Below are positions 1 to 13,965 of a DNA stretch of 64,000 bases, piece by piece (position 1 is the stretch's first letter; every line of letters starts with the position of its first letter). Source of the stretch: the human T2T-CHM13v2.0 reference genome, Homo sapiens. The stretch spans positions 33,344,001-33,408,000 of the forward strand of contig CP068257.2 in the NCBI GenBank assembly GCA_009914755.4. Direction: 5' to 3'. Under the pieces are notes generated by a model, which had not been told where the DNA came from, ran no database searches, and was given only the letters and a program-made list of their open reading frames with translations. The translations under genes and the position numbers were made by a program.

Positions 1-220
<220 letters not shown>

Positions 221-680
221 CTAAATATTTTGACTCACTACATGAGAGAGTGACAAATTGTGATATCTGAAGAAAAGTCTGGGTAAAATTTCCACAACAG
301 ACTTTGCAATTTAGTGATTCTGATCATCTGAACTTCAGTTCCTTGTAGCTTGTGAAGAGCCTATCACTTTCTTTAACAATGTATTAGCAGGACAGAGGAA
401 AGTGACTTTAAGGCAAGCAGTAGCAGCTCGTATATTTTACTAATAACGACACCTGGCCGTAAGTCAGGCGGTTACAGTCCCTAGGTGAGCAACAATTTTA
501 GTCATGACACACAGACAATATTCTTTGCCAAATAAATTTTCCATAAGAAGAGGGAGGACCAGGCATATTTGGTGTTGAAGGATTGATTCCTATTTTTCAG
601 TAAATTATGTCTCTAAATTAGTGTGCTTCTGTCAGTATGCATTCTGGTACATTCAACAGTTCTTATTGTTTTTAGTGGAA

Positions 681-986
681 TTTTTTTTTCTTTTTCCTTT
701 TGTGAGACAGAGTCTCACTCTGTCACCGAGGCTGGAGTGCAGTGGCATAATCACAACTCACTGTAGCCTCAATCTCCTGGGCTCAAGTGATCCTCCCATT
801 TCAGCCTCCTGAGTAGCTGGGACTACAGGTGCATGCCACCTTGCCTGATTAATTTTTGAAAAAAAATTTTTTGTAGAGACTTGCTATGTTGCCCAGGCTG
901 GTTTCAAACTCCTGGGCTTAAGTGATCCTCCTGCCTTGGCCTCCCAAAGTGCTGAGATTATAAGCATGTGCCACTGTGCCCAGCTG
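681..986 (-). mobile_element. Alu SINE (full length, AluS/J-like)
   Basis: Poly-T then 'gagacagagtctcactctgtcaccgaggctggagtgcagtggc...gcctcctgagtagctgggactacaggtgcatgccacc...ggcctcccaaagtgctgagattataagcatgtgccactgtgcccagctg' = reverse complement of Alu consensus. Confidence 0.9.
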
Positions 987-3000
987 TAAGTTGTATTTAA
1001 ATTCTTTTTTTTCCATTTATAGATTGTTTTGATGTTTGAGAAGTTCATTGCACTGTTTGCTCCCACTAAATATTTTTAAACATTTAGGAAGAAGAGGCTG
1101 TGTTTCGCCTGAGGCAAAGGACTGAGAACTCCACAACTAAGAGTTTGTTTAGAACTCAAAACAGGATGTTCTGTTTGACCAAAAGAAAGTTTCTTTCTCT
1201 GCTTTTCATTCTCCTGTTAACTCTTCCCTTTTGCTAGCATATAAAAGATAATATCACCAAACAGCCAGTAAAGGAACGACTTATAAAAATTTGTAGTAAT
1301 CTGGCAAGATTTTTCCCTTCTATTTTGTTAAATCTTAAGATTGCTCAACCATTGATGTGATTGTTGTTTGTGTGTTTTTTTCTTTACCACGCCACCCTGG
1401 CATTTTGAGGCTGTGCTTGGGTGAAAAAGTTAAGCCAAAAGATCTCGGCTATACAGTCCAAATCCAGATTTATGCACCACGCAAGTTTCCACTCCCTCGT
1501 TCACAGACATACGCATTCGCGTTGCAATCATTTTGCAAAGGGTGATTCAGAGATGGGGAACATGGCGTTTCTTCTGAGAAGCAAATGAGTAGGTTGACCC
1601 ACAGTGCTCACTTTCCTGCCTCACCGTTGTCACTGTCCTGACAACCTTGGTGAGTTTGGCTATGGGAATAAAATCTGAATATGTATTCTTGAACTTTGCC
1701 ACCACATCACAGGCCTGCCCTATTATCATCTAAGAGAGCCCCCAGCAAACGGAGGGAAGGAGGAAACACCCTTGCCCAACATCAGCACTTTGTTCTCAAT
1801 GAGTTTTAAAAGCTCCGAAGGCGGTTCTAAGGAGCAGTCAAGGCTGAGAACTCTGTTAACAGAGCACAGGTTAGACTGCAGTCCTCCTGGGACAGGGCTG
1901 GGACTCTGGTGTTTGTATCTTTAAGCGCTCAGCCCAGCAGGCAGCACAGAAGAAACGCCCACGAAGAACCTAGGGTGCGAAGGAGCACACTCTTTGGTTT
2001 CCAAAGACCAGTCCTGGCTTCCCTGAACCCTGAACCACTGCTCTGTGTTTATGGCCAACTGGGACGAAGGTGCTGGGTCCACGTGGAAGATGACACTCCT
2101 CCCCCCGGCACATCTGCAGAGAGGCTGTCCAGGACAGTAGTGGCCTTTTAAAGCTCCTGCAGAGAGGAGTCCTTGTAAGACCAGGTTGCTGCTACGTGAG
2201 GATGAAAAAGCCCAGAACTGAGAGTCGTCTCTCGTCCTAGTTTGGCCACTGACTGAGCAGCTCAGTATTGGTCACTGAACCTCAATGTTTTCAAATATGA
2301 TGTGAGCTGGTTGCACTCAGAGGTTCAACATCCATCCTTCTATTTGCCCAGCAACCATGGGAGAAGGAGAAGAAAAGACCTGAAATAAGGGAACTTTGAC
2401 AGCCAAGGGTGGCCTTTGATTCTCCCTCCCTTGATCTGTAAGTTGTTCAAGCTATAGTCCACCCCCAAGAAGTATCACAACTGGGCAGGTCCGGAGGCGA
2501 GACAAGATGTGGATTTTGACGGTGAATCAATGGGGCATTATTCAGCACAGCTGTCTCTACCCCGACGCTGAAACAGGGAGATCCAGAGCACAGTTAATGT
2601 GAGAGCAGATTCCTCCAGAAGGGAGGCTTTCGAGAGACCCACTGGGCCTGACTGTCAGGTACAAGGAACCCTGAGCCTGGCACAAGCAAGCAGCACACCT
2701 GATCTCTGTATATTCTAAGAGCCTGCATGCCTCAATTTCAAATAGATAAAGTTTATCATGTAGATGGAAGATTGGGATGGCATTCATTCATTCATTCATT
2801 CATTCCAGGTTTTACCCCTGTACTCACAGAACTGATGAGGGAGAGGAAGTATCAGCCACTGCGATAAGGGTCTAGCCCAGTTGGGGGATACGTGCTGACC
2901 ACTGGAGGAACAGAGAACAACCAACAAACTCAACCAAGTGACCTGGAACAAGTGATGCCAACAGCAGCACCATGGAAGCTGAACTCAAGAAGTTCAGATG

Positions 3001-3370
<370 letters not shown>

Positions 3371-3659
3371 CTAGAATTACAGACACGCCCTATGCCTTCA
3401 TGTTGAAGAAGTACAAAGTTGAGGGAGGCAGAGGTGAGGAATCAGCCTTGTAGGTGGTGATGTCTCAGAGAGGAGCAAAGAGTAAGGAAAAGTAGTATGA
3501 TGGTTTCTGATCCAGTGTCTGCCACAAACCAGCTTTGTGACCAGGTGAATTATGTCCTCTGGGCCTCAGCTTCCTCACCTGCGCATTGAATGCAAAATAC
3601 CTATGATCTCTTCTGACTTGCCCTGAGGGCATGATGGCTGGCTAGACAAGCACCAACAC

Positions 3660-4075
3660 CCACAATGCTCTCAGCACACACGTACACACAGGCTCACACT
3701 CACACGCATGCACACTTATGCTTGCACCTATGTGCTTGTACACATGCATGTACTCATTCACACACGCACCCTACCACACACAAGCACACTCACATACGTG
3801 CACACACCAATGTAGGCAGGGATGTGAATACACACACATGCTCACACACAGCCTTCCATGCACATGCTACATCCACACATACATGCTCATGCACACGCAC
3901 ATACACTCCTTTCCATGCACTTTCACACAAGTGCACAGTCCCCCACAACATGCACACTCTCACATATGCACACATACTCATATGCTCCCGCACGTGCACA
4001 CACACAGCCTCACACACATGCCAACACACTGCCATGCACATCCACACATCTACACACACAGATCTGAGTGCCCTA
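3660..4075. repeat. Degenerate CA-rich low-complexity tract (decayed (CA)n / CAYA-type)
   Basis: About 420 bp dominated by cacaca/cacgca/cacata motifs. ORF-track peptides here are H/T/C-rich, as expected for (CA)n translation. Confidence 0.8.
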
Positions 4076-4924
4076 TAATCCACACTTTATTTCCAAATTT
4101 TCAGAAAGCAGTAACAGACCAGTCAGGAAAGGAAAATAAAAATCATCTGGAGCGTTTTTATGCAATCCTGATGATCTCGCAGCCTCGGGTTTAGTCTCTT
4201 TTTCCACTGCGTAGGGCCAGATACTTCCGTTTTTACATAGGTACCTCTTTTAGGGAGACAAAGCATTAAGAGCAATGAGCCAAGAGAAGAATTTGAAACA
4301 AAAGAAAAAAACACGAAAAAGAAAAAAAGAGAAAAAAAGCTTTTCCCATTCATGGCAAAAAAATAAAAAGGATGTTTGGAGTGTTCATGCAGGATATTTG
4401 TATAAAGAACTGCATGTCCTTGTTTACTTTCTGTGGAGCCCCATTTCCTCCCTAGAATTCCTGGTGGTCATACTCACCAGTTATGGGACTCTCGAGATGA
4501 AAATCTGTGACACAGAGCACACACACACACACCCAGGCAGGGGAGTCCTGTGAAGCTGGATGCTCTGAAATCTAGGGCATTTCCGAATCAAGTATCTACC
4601 TCCTTGTGCCTTGCCATTCTCTGACCTGGCCCCAGAGCTGCAAAGAGAAGCTGAGGAGGACATTGCTAAGGGTCACACCTGGTGACACCTGTGTGGCCTG
4701 TGGTTAACAGTTTGGGAAAGTAAGCATCCTCACTGCTGCATGCCAGGACAGGGATGGCTATGTGCCAGCCACATCCCAGGGCGGTCTCGATGGAGCAGTC
4801 CCCTCCTGTGGGTCTCTGATGTCCCCAGGAGAAAGGCACATTGGTGAGGTCTCACATTCAGTTACATAGTGCTCTTGCATTTCTTACCCCACTTCATCTG
4901 CACACTTCTATACATTAGATAGAG

Positions 4925-5010
4925 CCCTGTTTTACAGATCAGAAAACTGAGGCTGAGAGTGGTTAATTTGCCCAAGATCACAAGGCAAGAAAGTAGTGGA
5001 GCTTAAATTT
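4925..5010 (-). mobile_element. MIR SINE fragment (core region)
   Basis: 'ttttacagatcagaaaactgaggctgagagtggttaatttgcccaagatcacaaggcaag' resembles the MIR core 'ttttacagatgaggaaactgaggctcagagaggttaagtaacttgcccaaggtcacacagc' (reverse-complement orientation). Confidence 0.6.
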
Positions 5011-5054
5011 GGATTTTCATTATCTAAGTCCAAACGTTGTTCTTTACCTTGCAT

Positions 5055-5275
5055 CATGAATAATAATTAAAATAATAATAAATGATAAGCAAACATTTTT
5101 CAAGGGTTTACTAAGTGCCTCACGCCACTTTAAGTGCATTCTATGGATCAATTTATTTAACCTTACAATGCTATGAGGTGGATACTTTTATTATCCCCAG
5201 TTAGCAGATGTGGAAATCAAGCTCCAAATGGTTAAGCCACTTGCCTAAAGCCACATGGCCAATGAAGGGAGAAGA
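5055..5275 (-). mobile_element. MIR SINE (near full-length, diverged)
   Basis: 'aacatttttcaagggtttactaagtgcctcacgcc...aaccttacaatgctatgaggtggatacttttattatccccagttagcagatgtggaaatcaagctccaaatggttaagccacttgcctaaagccacatgg' is collinear with the reverse complement of the MIR consensus ('aacatttattgagcgcttactatgtgccaggc...cctatgaggtaggtactattattatccccattttacagatgaggaaactgagg...'). Confidence 0.65.
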
Positions 5276-5809
5276 AGATGCTTTGGTTTACTGCCCTGCT
5301 GTCCAGAGGAAGGCGTGAGGTAGCCCCCAACCCACACCCCCTCACTGACTGCTTTCAATGTACAACACCATAAGTATCTCACTCTGTCATGGACATTCAG
5401 AGAAGGCTTCACGCCACCAATCAATGACAACTTACTTTTTCCCCAAGGATCAGATAATTGATCTGATTATGCGTTTGCTGCAAATGGAAATTAACATCAT
5501 TTGCCCTTCTATTTATTTTTGCTTTTCCCACTGAAAATGCTATTATGGTTATATACGCCATAAAAGAATTGTAGTAATGTTGTATCTACATTAATTTCCA
5601 CCCAAGAGTTTTCGATTTTCACTTTTTATGGTGATGGAGGCTACAAACGAGAGAACTGCAGTGGCTGTAAATCGTTCTCTTCATGAAAATGTGCCAGATG
5701 AGGTGAAGGAAGGAGAGCGCAGGGGTCCTAAGAGTAAGGGCATATTTAAAAAATAAAAAGATTATTCATGCAATTATCCAATTTCTTCAGTAAGTGGAAA
5801 AAAATCTTA

Positions 5810-6190
<381 letters not shown>

Positions 6191-9100
6191 TCATGGATGG
6201 ACCCCTCACCAGGCCACCGAGACTCAACTGTGCCACGTCAGTGTCACGGGGGAGGCTGAACTTCGCCATCCAGCCCTGAACACAGGATCTCAGTGTTGTC
6301 TCAAATCAGCCCTTTTGCAGGCATGCACAGGGTGTCTAAGAGTCTGGTGTTAAGTTGAAAAGGTCTAATGTAGTGTTTTAAAGAGAAAAGGATTCTCCAG
6401 CCCCATAGTGGTGAGAAGTGACACAGAGTCACATTACATAAAATGACGAGGCCTGAGGTGATTGTGACAGTGAGGGTGACTCATTAATCCCAACACTGGG
6501 ATCCTCTGAGCTCTCCCTAGCAGGGTCTCAAATGTTTGAGTGAAAGACTGCAGCTAGAAGACTGACAAAACCACACTGAACTCACTAGGGCAACTGCCTT
6601 TATTTCCAAGGCAGCTTCCATCGAAGGGAGTGGCAATTCATATAATCACCAATTGCTGAAAGACATCTTTTCCACGTCAGATTGAAACCAGTTTTGCAGC
6701 CTCCTTAATGTAGGTGCTGTGGCTGAGGCAACTAGAGAAACAGTGGACGCCTCCCTGGCCCCACTTCCCAGTGCCTTAAAGTCTGAGAAAAACACTGATT
6801 GACATTTCCAGGCTGCTGTATTTCCCTCACCAGCCCCAAACGCCCGATCCAGCTTCCTGCAACTGTGGCAAGGGCGTGAATGTCCCCAGGAGGCAGGTTG
6901 CAGAGTTGTTTAGATCCAGGACTGCATCCCAGTTTGTCCATCTGTGTGTCTATGTCTGAGTGGGCGAGTTGCTTCTCAGCTCTCCGCAGGACTCTGGTGT
7001 TGCTTGTTGCTTTGGCCTGGGGCTGATTCCTCCAAAGCAATGTGTCTCTTCGCAGAGTCTCTTAGAGCTGCAAGGCAGTATGGGATCATCAGAGAGGATG
7101 CTAGGAAGCTTCAGAAATGGAGGTCCTGGTAGAAAGGGTCCTTTGGCGTGGCCTCTGAAGAGTCCAAATGTGGGACAAGACCCTCCGAAAGCGGTGGCCT
7201 GGGGAGCCACAGGTGGGGCAGCCAGCACGGAAGAGGGTGGCTTTGCTACCATTGGGAAAACTTATCCTCCACATCCTCATGAGGCAAACACCTTTCCTAC
7301 CTTACCGCTCCTCAGTGGCCTCCCTGTTGCCTTCTTATTCAAGACTAAGACCCTCTAGAATGTTCTTTATCCTGAGTCCAGCTGATTGTCTATACTAATA
7401 TCAGTACGGGGTGTAGATGAGGACAACCAGTGTGCCTGGCTGCCAGGCACCCCCTCCCCAAACCCCAGGAGTTTCTGGAACATTCCAACTCTGCTTGAGG
7501 GTATCCATGCAGCATCTACTACTGTGAGCAGGTGGCCTGACCTGTGGAAAACTTCTATGATTCACCTGAGGGTAACTGCCCTTTGTGATTTGAAAGAATG
7601 ATGCTAACAGAAAGTGTTGTCATTTCTGAACTTTTCTGAACTCTGCAGCGAGTGCCAAATTCATGTATTTTAGGAGACCTACGTGGTTCTACATGTAGCT
7701 AAAACAATTCAGTAACCCCGCCGGCAATTCTGCAATAGTTCTTGGAGTGATGAAATCAAGAAGGAAGAGTTCTGCCTCCCCATTTAGAAACTGTTGAGCA
7801 GAAAGGTATAAGTCAGGCTTTTCCTATTACAGGTCTCCTTCAGTGTGAAGAGGAAGTTCAGTTTTCATTTATCTCTTGCGCCCTTTGAAGTACAGGCCTC
7901 TGTCTGCTTAATGGCCCAAACCGGGGCGACTACGATGAATTCCTTTTACATCAAACACAACCCTGTCTGAAAAGGCAGTAATATTTCTCAACATGTAAAC
8001 CTGCCACGACTTTGGTGTTTGCAAGCTGAAGATGGTTACCCAGTGTGGTTGCTAATGGAGCAAAAATGCGCATAGAGCAGGGAGCAGGTGGAGGTGACTG
8101 GGGACCCTCTGACAGGTTGTCTAGCCACAAACCCATCTCTTCTAATCCATTCTACTCACAGGGCAGGCTGTCTCCTGCAGCGGCCAACAGAGAAAAAAAA
8201 AACACAGAAAATGGAGATGGGAGAAAGAGAGGACAAGAAAGGAAGAAAAGATGAAACGTGGAGAAATAGCAAAAGGAAATGAAAAGAACTTTATTGCTCA
8301 GTTTCTTCTGCCTGACCCAATTATCAGATTTTGCATTTAAGTTTAAGACAGTAGATCAAACAGCGAGAGGCACTTTGTACTTCTGCCAGGAGACCATATG
8401 ATATCTCTCAGTGACTCTCCTGCATGCCAGGAACACGGACCCATGCCTCTTAGCTGGGTCTGCATATGGTGCAATGCATAAAAAAAAAACAGCAAAATTC
8501 ATAAATGACTGCACTCGTGGGTGATGTCCAGGATTTACAGCGCTTTATCAGTTAAAGCAAAAAAAAAAAAAAGGCCAGGCAGAATCTAATTATAACTTTC
8601 CACAAATAAGTCAAAAGTGGAATGAGAACTGAAAGAAAGACAAAAGACTGGTGTCACGCTTACTTTGCAAAATTGATCATCTTGAGGATTGTTTTATGTG
8701 GGATACAGAACATTTTACAAGGTATGGATCATATCTGTTCTGGGGATTTTGACATTTCTTGCAGTGACCATGTGCAGCCTCCATAGATGTGAAGGGCTGG
8801 ATGGCAGACGTTCATGTCTTCCTTCTCCAAGCTATGGCTTGCCTCCAGAGATAATTACTTTATGAACACACTTGTTATGCATTGAGATAATTTATGTGGG
8901 CTACGGTATTTAACACTTTTTCATGCCTTCAGATAAGACTTTGTGCAGCTAAATGAAATAGATGCTTTAGAAAGGTCTCTTTTCACTTCCCAGAATCATG
9001 GCAACATCAGGAAAAGGAACCTTTCACTTCAAGGCTGGGGGTATGTCAGGAGACGTGGTGGAGAGATATTCTACTCATCACAGCAGTTAGTTTTGGAAGC

Positions 9101-9844
9101 ACCACAGATGACTCCAACACCATTAAGGGTGGCGAAATCAGGTTGGCAATAGCAGCACTTACTTTTCCAAATTAAATCAGTTCATACGCTTTGCAGATTG
9201 TTCAAATTCAGCCCTTTTCCTGGGAGAAGACAGATGTGGCAGAAGAACAGGGGCACTGCTGTTTTATTCTGATCCTGGATGGCTGGGGTTTTAAGATTGG
9301 CCTTTGCCCTCAAAAGTCACCTTCAGCCTTCAGAAAAATCCTTCAGTGTTTTTTCAGCCCTCCACTTCCCTTCACCCTTTACATTTTACCTCACTGGGCT
9401 CCTACGTTGGTCAGAGGTCGTGTTCCACTTTGGTGCACTCTTAATGTGTGCATATTATTCTTTACATCTGCAAACTCATTTAATCCCCACACTAACCTTG
9501 TGAGGCAGGCACCATGGTTGTGTTCTTGTATGGACTATGATGGACCCACTGCACACTGATGAAAACCATGGCCTTATGTAGCAAGAGGTTAACAGTTGGT
9601 CAATCTGGGTGAAGAGTATACAGCCATTCTTTGTATTACTCTCGCAACTTTCCTGTACGTTCAAATTATTTCAAAATTAAAAGAAAAAAAAAGGTCTCCA
9701 GAGCTAGATAAGTTTGGATTGCAGTAATGGCTCAACTACTTACTAGCTGTTTGTAAACTAAGGGTTTTATATCTATCGCCCATTTGATCCTCATAAACTT
9801 ATAAGGTTATGTTGGTATATAGTTTATGTAGGTATTATACATTT

Positions 9845-9905
9845 ATTTCAGCTGTGTCCATGAGGAAACTGAGGCTCAGGGAGGTCGAAGAATGTGTCCA
9901 AAATG
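9845..9905 (-). mobile_element. MIR SINE fragment
   Basis: 'catgaggaaactgaggctcagggaggtcgaagaatgtgtccaaa' matches the MIR core 'gatgaggaaactgaggctcagagaggttaagtaacttgcccaa'. Confidence 0.5.
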
Positions 9906-10296
9906 CCTGGGATTATGTATACTATGCTGTGCTTATCTACAGTTTGAATTGACTTATTAGTATTAGGCTCCTAGAGCTATGAAGAAATACAGTGTTAGAT
10001 CAGTTCTTTTTTATCAAAGAAGATTTTATGAGGACACACAGTAGCTGTCAATGAAGACTCTGATCTTAAAAGATATAGCATGTAACTTAAAATTTCTTAA
10101 CTTCCCTTAATTGATTTCTAAATAATAGATTGATAAGGAGAATCCTGGGAAAGGCCAAACATTGAGAATTTTGTTAATATTAATTCTTCCTTATAATCAC
10201 TCTAAAGAATGATAATTCTTTTGCTTTATCTTAAGAAGGTACTTTACTATCTGGATCATTTTTATCACCTTCCAGATACATTTAAAATTTTTATCA

Positions 10297-10338
10297 GCCA
10301 TCCATCCATCCATCCATCCATCCATCCATCCATCCAAC
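10297..10338. repeat. (TCCA)n / (CATC)n tetranucleotide microsatellite
   Basis: About 10 perfect units of catccatccatcc..., followed by degenerate copies. Confidence 0.9.
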
Positions 10339-13300
10339 CACCATCTATCTTATCCACCCACCCTTCCATCATTTATTATGTATGGCGTACATACTATGAA
10401 CAAAGTCTTTGTCAAAGAAGGAAAGGTGCATATCTAGCCTTCACTGAAGTGAAGGAGGGAATACAGGCCTAACTACACCAGAAGGTAGGGCACAGGTTCC
10501 CATGTGAGGGCAAGAGATAGGGAGGTAAACTCCGGCAGCTCAGAGGGGACAGAAAGGCTTCTTTGGAGCCCATGAATTGCAACAATCAAACCTCAAGCAC
10601 CACATATTTTACAGAACAAGCATAACAACATGTTGTGTGGTTCACCAGTGCCTAATAAAGGATTTCTGTGGCCTACCCTGATGAAGCAGTGGATTGCACT
10701 GATGTCTTCACTGAGGAATGATCTCAGGCATGATTTTAATGACCCTTTGCAGGGTTATAACTGATCTCTTAGAGACCATAATTTTAAAAATATAGTTTAG
10801 AACACTTTCTCCTGAACACATTAACAGGCCAACTTTCAAGTTTATATGGCATTTTTATATCCACTACCCAAATCTTTCTGTAGTTCATTCCATTTATATG
10901 GCACCTGGATAAGCTCATTTTTACCAGAAAAACTGGAAATTTCACTGCCTGTCCTGCTCTGACTTTCAGATGACTCCTAAAATATTGAACTAAGGAGCCC
11001 AACATTGACCACTGGGGGCCTTGAATTCATACTTTTCATCTAGGGAAATGTCCATTTGGTTTCTGCCTTCATATCAATATTCTATGGCAAAACATTTTCC
11101 AATTCTATGGTAATTAAATAAATAGAAGTTTTACTAGGTTCCATGACAAATAACCTCTGGAAGTAAAAATTATTTATATCTCTGGCCTCATGTGTCCACT
11201 TGCTCATTATCTACTCAAAGAAATGTACAATATACATTGCCCTATACAGCAAACAAATGAAAATAACCAAAAGCAAACTCCTGTTCCTAAAAAGTATGGA
11301 TAAATGCAATTTTTGCTTTGTGCTTTGTCAAATGAATCATATGTTACCATCACTAAAGACATTTGCTATTTGATAGAATTCTGTTGTGAATCTTATCATA
11401 AAATAAAACATTTCTCTTGATTGATCTTCTGTATAAGCAAGGTGTTGAAATGTTAGGTTTAGAGAGACAAGACTTTCTACTTAAATGACCAAGTGGTTTG
11501 GGACTTTGCATTGATTAACTCTACAAAGAATGAGATTGGTGGTGTGCAGCCTTCCATACAGCAGGCATCATTTGGCAGGCATCTTCTTTTATAATAATCC
11601 CATTGTCCAGTTGCATGCAACTGGACCCACGGGTTGGAGAGAGCCTGATGCTCCCTTTGACTTTTCTCCCTCAACATCTTGCTCTGGGTGAGATCATTAA
11701 TCTATTATTTTTACATTAGTGACTCCCAAATTCATGTCTCCAGCCCAGAACTATTTCCTTGGAATTCTAGACTGACATTTCTGGAGAACCTTGAGAGCTC
11801 TTGTTGTGTACTTCATGGAATCCTCAAAACCAATATATCCCAAACTAATCACTTGAATGGATTCCCCAGCTCACTAGAGATAGGCAGTAAGGCTCTTTCT
11901 CCCTCCATCTGTCTCTTAGAGACTATCTCATAGTTTTCAGTCCTGCATGCTTATATGGACAAAGGGAGGAGGCAGATGTAGGAATCTTTTATTCAGGCCC
12001 CTCACATCTCTAAAAGATAGTCCCACTTTGGTGCCTGTGATGTTATATTGTAGTGGTTGGTGTATTTGATTGTCTCCCTTGCTACATAGTTATCATGCCA
12101 AGGACAAATTTTTGTCTGTGAATGGAGAAGAACGAGGGAAGCTCAAATCCCTGCAACGTACTGGCTTCCTGACCTGGATTGGACAAGTCACATAATCTTT
12201 CCAGGACTAATCCAGTGTCATCATGTGTGGGAAATTTTTGTATGTGAATTTTATGATACTATACATATATAAGTGATTTTTAAGAGGCCATTTATTTTCT
12301 CTTACAGTTTTCCAAACTTTGCATGTATTGATATAATAAATGTTTTATCACTGATCCAATCCATTCTTCATGCATTCATCATTACAATCCTCCTATAAAT
12401 CTGCTTGTAAATCCCAAGTACTAGTTTAATTTACCAAGAGAACAACACAAACCTCCCTCCATGTCATAGAAAACTCAGTTTGGAGACACTTTATATTAAA
12501 CCTTATTCCCAAATGTCATCACCACCCAGGGCAAATGGCTCATCTGACACTGTTAGCTTCTAAGGAACATTTTAATCCTTTCTACTATTGCCAGCATAGC
12601 ACATGAATGACACCAAATCCACTACAAGTCTCCAGGGAGAAATGCATCGCTGATATGATGGCTTTATCTACATTTACACATTGAGGGGAAAATTGAGCTT
12701 GTTTTCATACTTCCACAAGTGCACTCTTCTAGCCCACTTTGCCTTTATTATCTCAATATTTCTGATGAATCGGAATTTTGGCCTGGATTATCCAAAGAAT
12801 TGTTTCAGATCTCTTTGCCTCCACACGTAGATGGAGCTTTAGGCTATGCTCCTCCCACCCCTTCATAAATTCATGGCTTTTCAAAAATTTTCTTCTCTGT
12901 TTTCGTAAAAGCCAAGTGCAAAGAGAGAAACTAACTGATTGTACTTCTTCTTGATATGCCTGATAGTTTTCTGTCATCTTAATCATCACACGAGCAAGAC
13001 TACTCAACACCCAGGCCTTCTGAGATCCGAACAATAAGTAACCACCAGTCACCTCCACACAGGCTGGCCAGGGGTGCTCATGGGGCAGAGTCCATATTAG
13101 CTGAAGACTTGCCTGTCCTCTGCCAGGGAACTCTACGGAAACGAGGGCAAGCTTTGCATGAAACCCCATTTGCAAACCGAAACCGTGAAAAAAAAAAAAA
13201 GGTGGTTCAGTGTGGTTTTTACTCAAAACCAGGTGAAGCTTTGTGGTTCAGCCAAGTTTTGACTTGAAGCCGGAGAGAGCTCACTGTGTTTGGCTGGACC

Positions 13301-13692
13301 TTGTTTTACATTTCATGTTCCATTTGGTTCTGTTTCCCAAACCTGAAACTGAGGGTTCAGATGAGGGGCACAAAATGAATAAAATGAAGTTGACATGAAA
13401 TGTGGTGTAGATGAAGACAGCACCAGCTTTGTGATGCCAACTCCTGCTCCTGCTCTCTGCCGGCACTCCTTCTAGAAACGGCCTTCCCCACACTAAGTAG
13501 TTCCCTGGGACTTTTCTTTAAGGAACAGAATGATTAACACTATACAAAAATAGCAAAGGCTATTTTGCTCTTGTTTATTTTAACAGATCCATTAACAAAT
13601 CTGTTTTTGTGAGTCAGCCATTGAGACTTTTGAGGAAAACATTTTAAGTAACAGACTGTGACGTTATAATGGCATGAATTTATTTAATATGT

Positions 13693-13965
13693 TTTAAATA
13701 TCTACTATGTGCTAGAAATTTTAACTTATTAAGTTCTCACCGTATTTTATAGATGTGGAAACTAGGCTCAGAGTGATTGGATAAATTGCCCATATGCTAA
13801 AAGAGAAGGCAAGCAAGTGTAATACTAGGCAGAGCCAGCTAGATGTGGAAACTAGGCTCAGAGTGATTGGATAAATTGCCCATATGCTAAAAGAGAAGGC
13901 AAGCAAGTGTAATACTAGGCAGAGCCAGCTAGTAAGTGGTGGAGGAAAAGACTTCCCCCTGGATC
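13693..13965 (-). mobile_element. MIR SINE carrying an internal tandem duplication
   Basis: 'atctactatgtgctagaaatt...ctcaccgtattttatagatgtggaaactaggctcagagtgattggataaattgcccatatgctaaaagagaaggcaagcaagt...ctagtaagtggtggagg' is collinear with the reverse complement of the MIR consensus ('...cattttacagatgaggaaactgaggctcagagaggttaagtaacttgcccaaggtcacacagctagtaagtggcagag'). Confidence 0.65.
13751..13930. repeat. Perfect 2 x 90-bp tandem duplication
   Basis: The unit 'agatgtggaaactaggctcagagtgattggataaattgcccatatgctaaaagagaaggcaagcaagtgtaatactaggcagagccagct' occurs at 13751-13840 and again, identical, at 13841-13930. The minus-strand ORF 13721-13906 shows the duplicated peptide. Confidence 0.95.

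Noticed and set aside
3665-4194. 137-158-aa His/Thr/Cys-rich ORFs on both strands
   Set aside because: Translations of the degenerate CA-rich tract 3660-4075 (HTHTH/CVCV-type low-complexity peptides). The same explanation holds for the ORF cluster 32201-32721 over the compound (CA)n array.
6732-7398. Cluster of overlapping 100-132-aa ORFs on both strands
   Set aside because: Mutually overlapping ORFs in opposite strands with Pro/Gly/Ala-rich low-complexity translations are typical of moderately GC-rich non-coding DNA. No domain was recognised.
12753-13226. 157-aa minus-strand ORF in unique sequence
   Set aside because: No recognisable motif. It ends in a poly-A/T run, and compositionally ordinary AT-rich DNA makes a chance ORF likely. 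I cannot support it as coding without homology or expression data.
13751-13930. Two identical direct repeats considered as a possible CRISPR-like or minisatellite array
   Set aside because: There are only two copies of 90 bp with no spacers, located inside a MIR SINE in a primate genome. It is a simple tandem duplication, not a CRISPR array.
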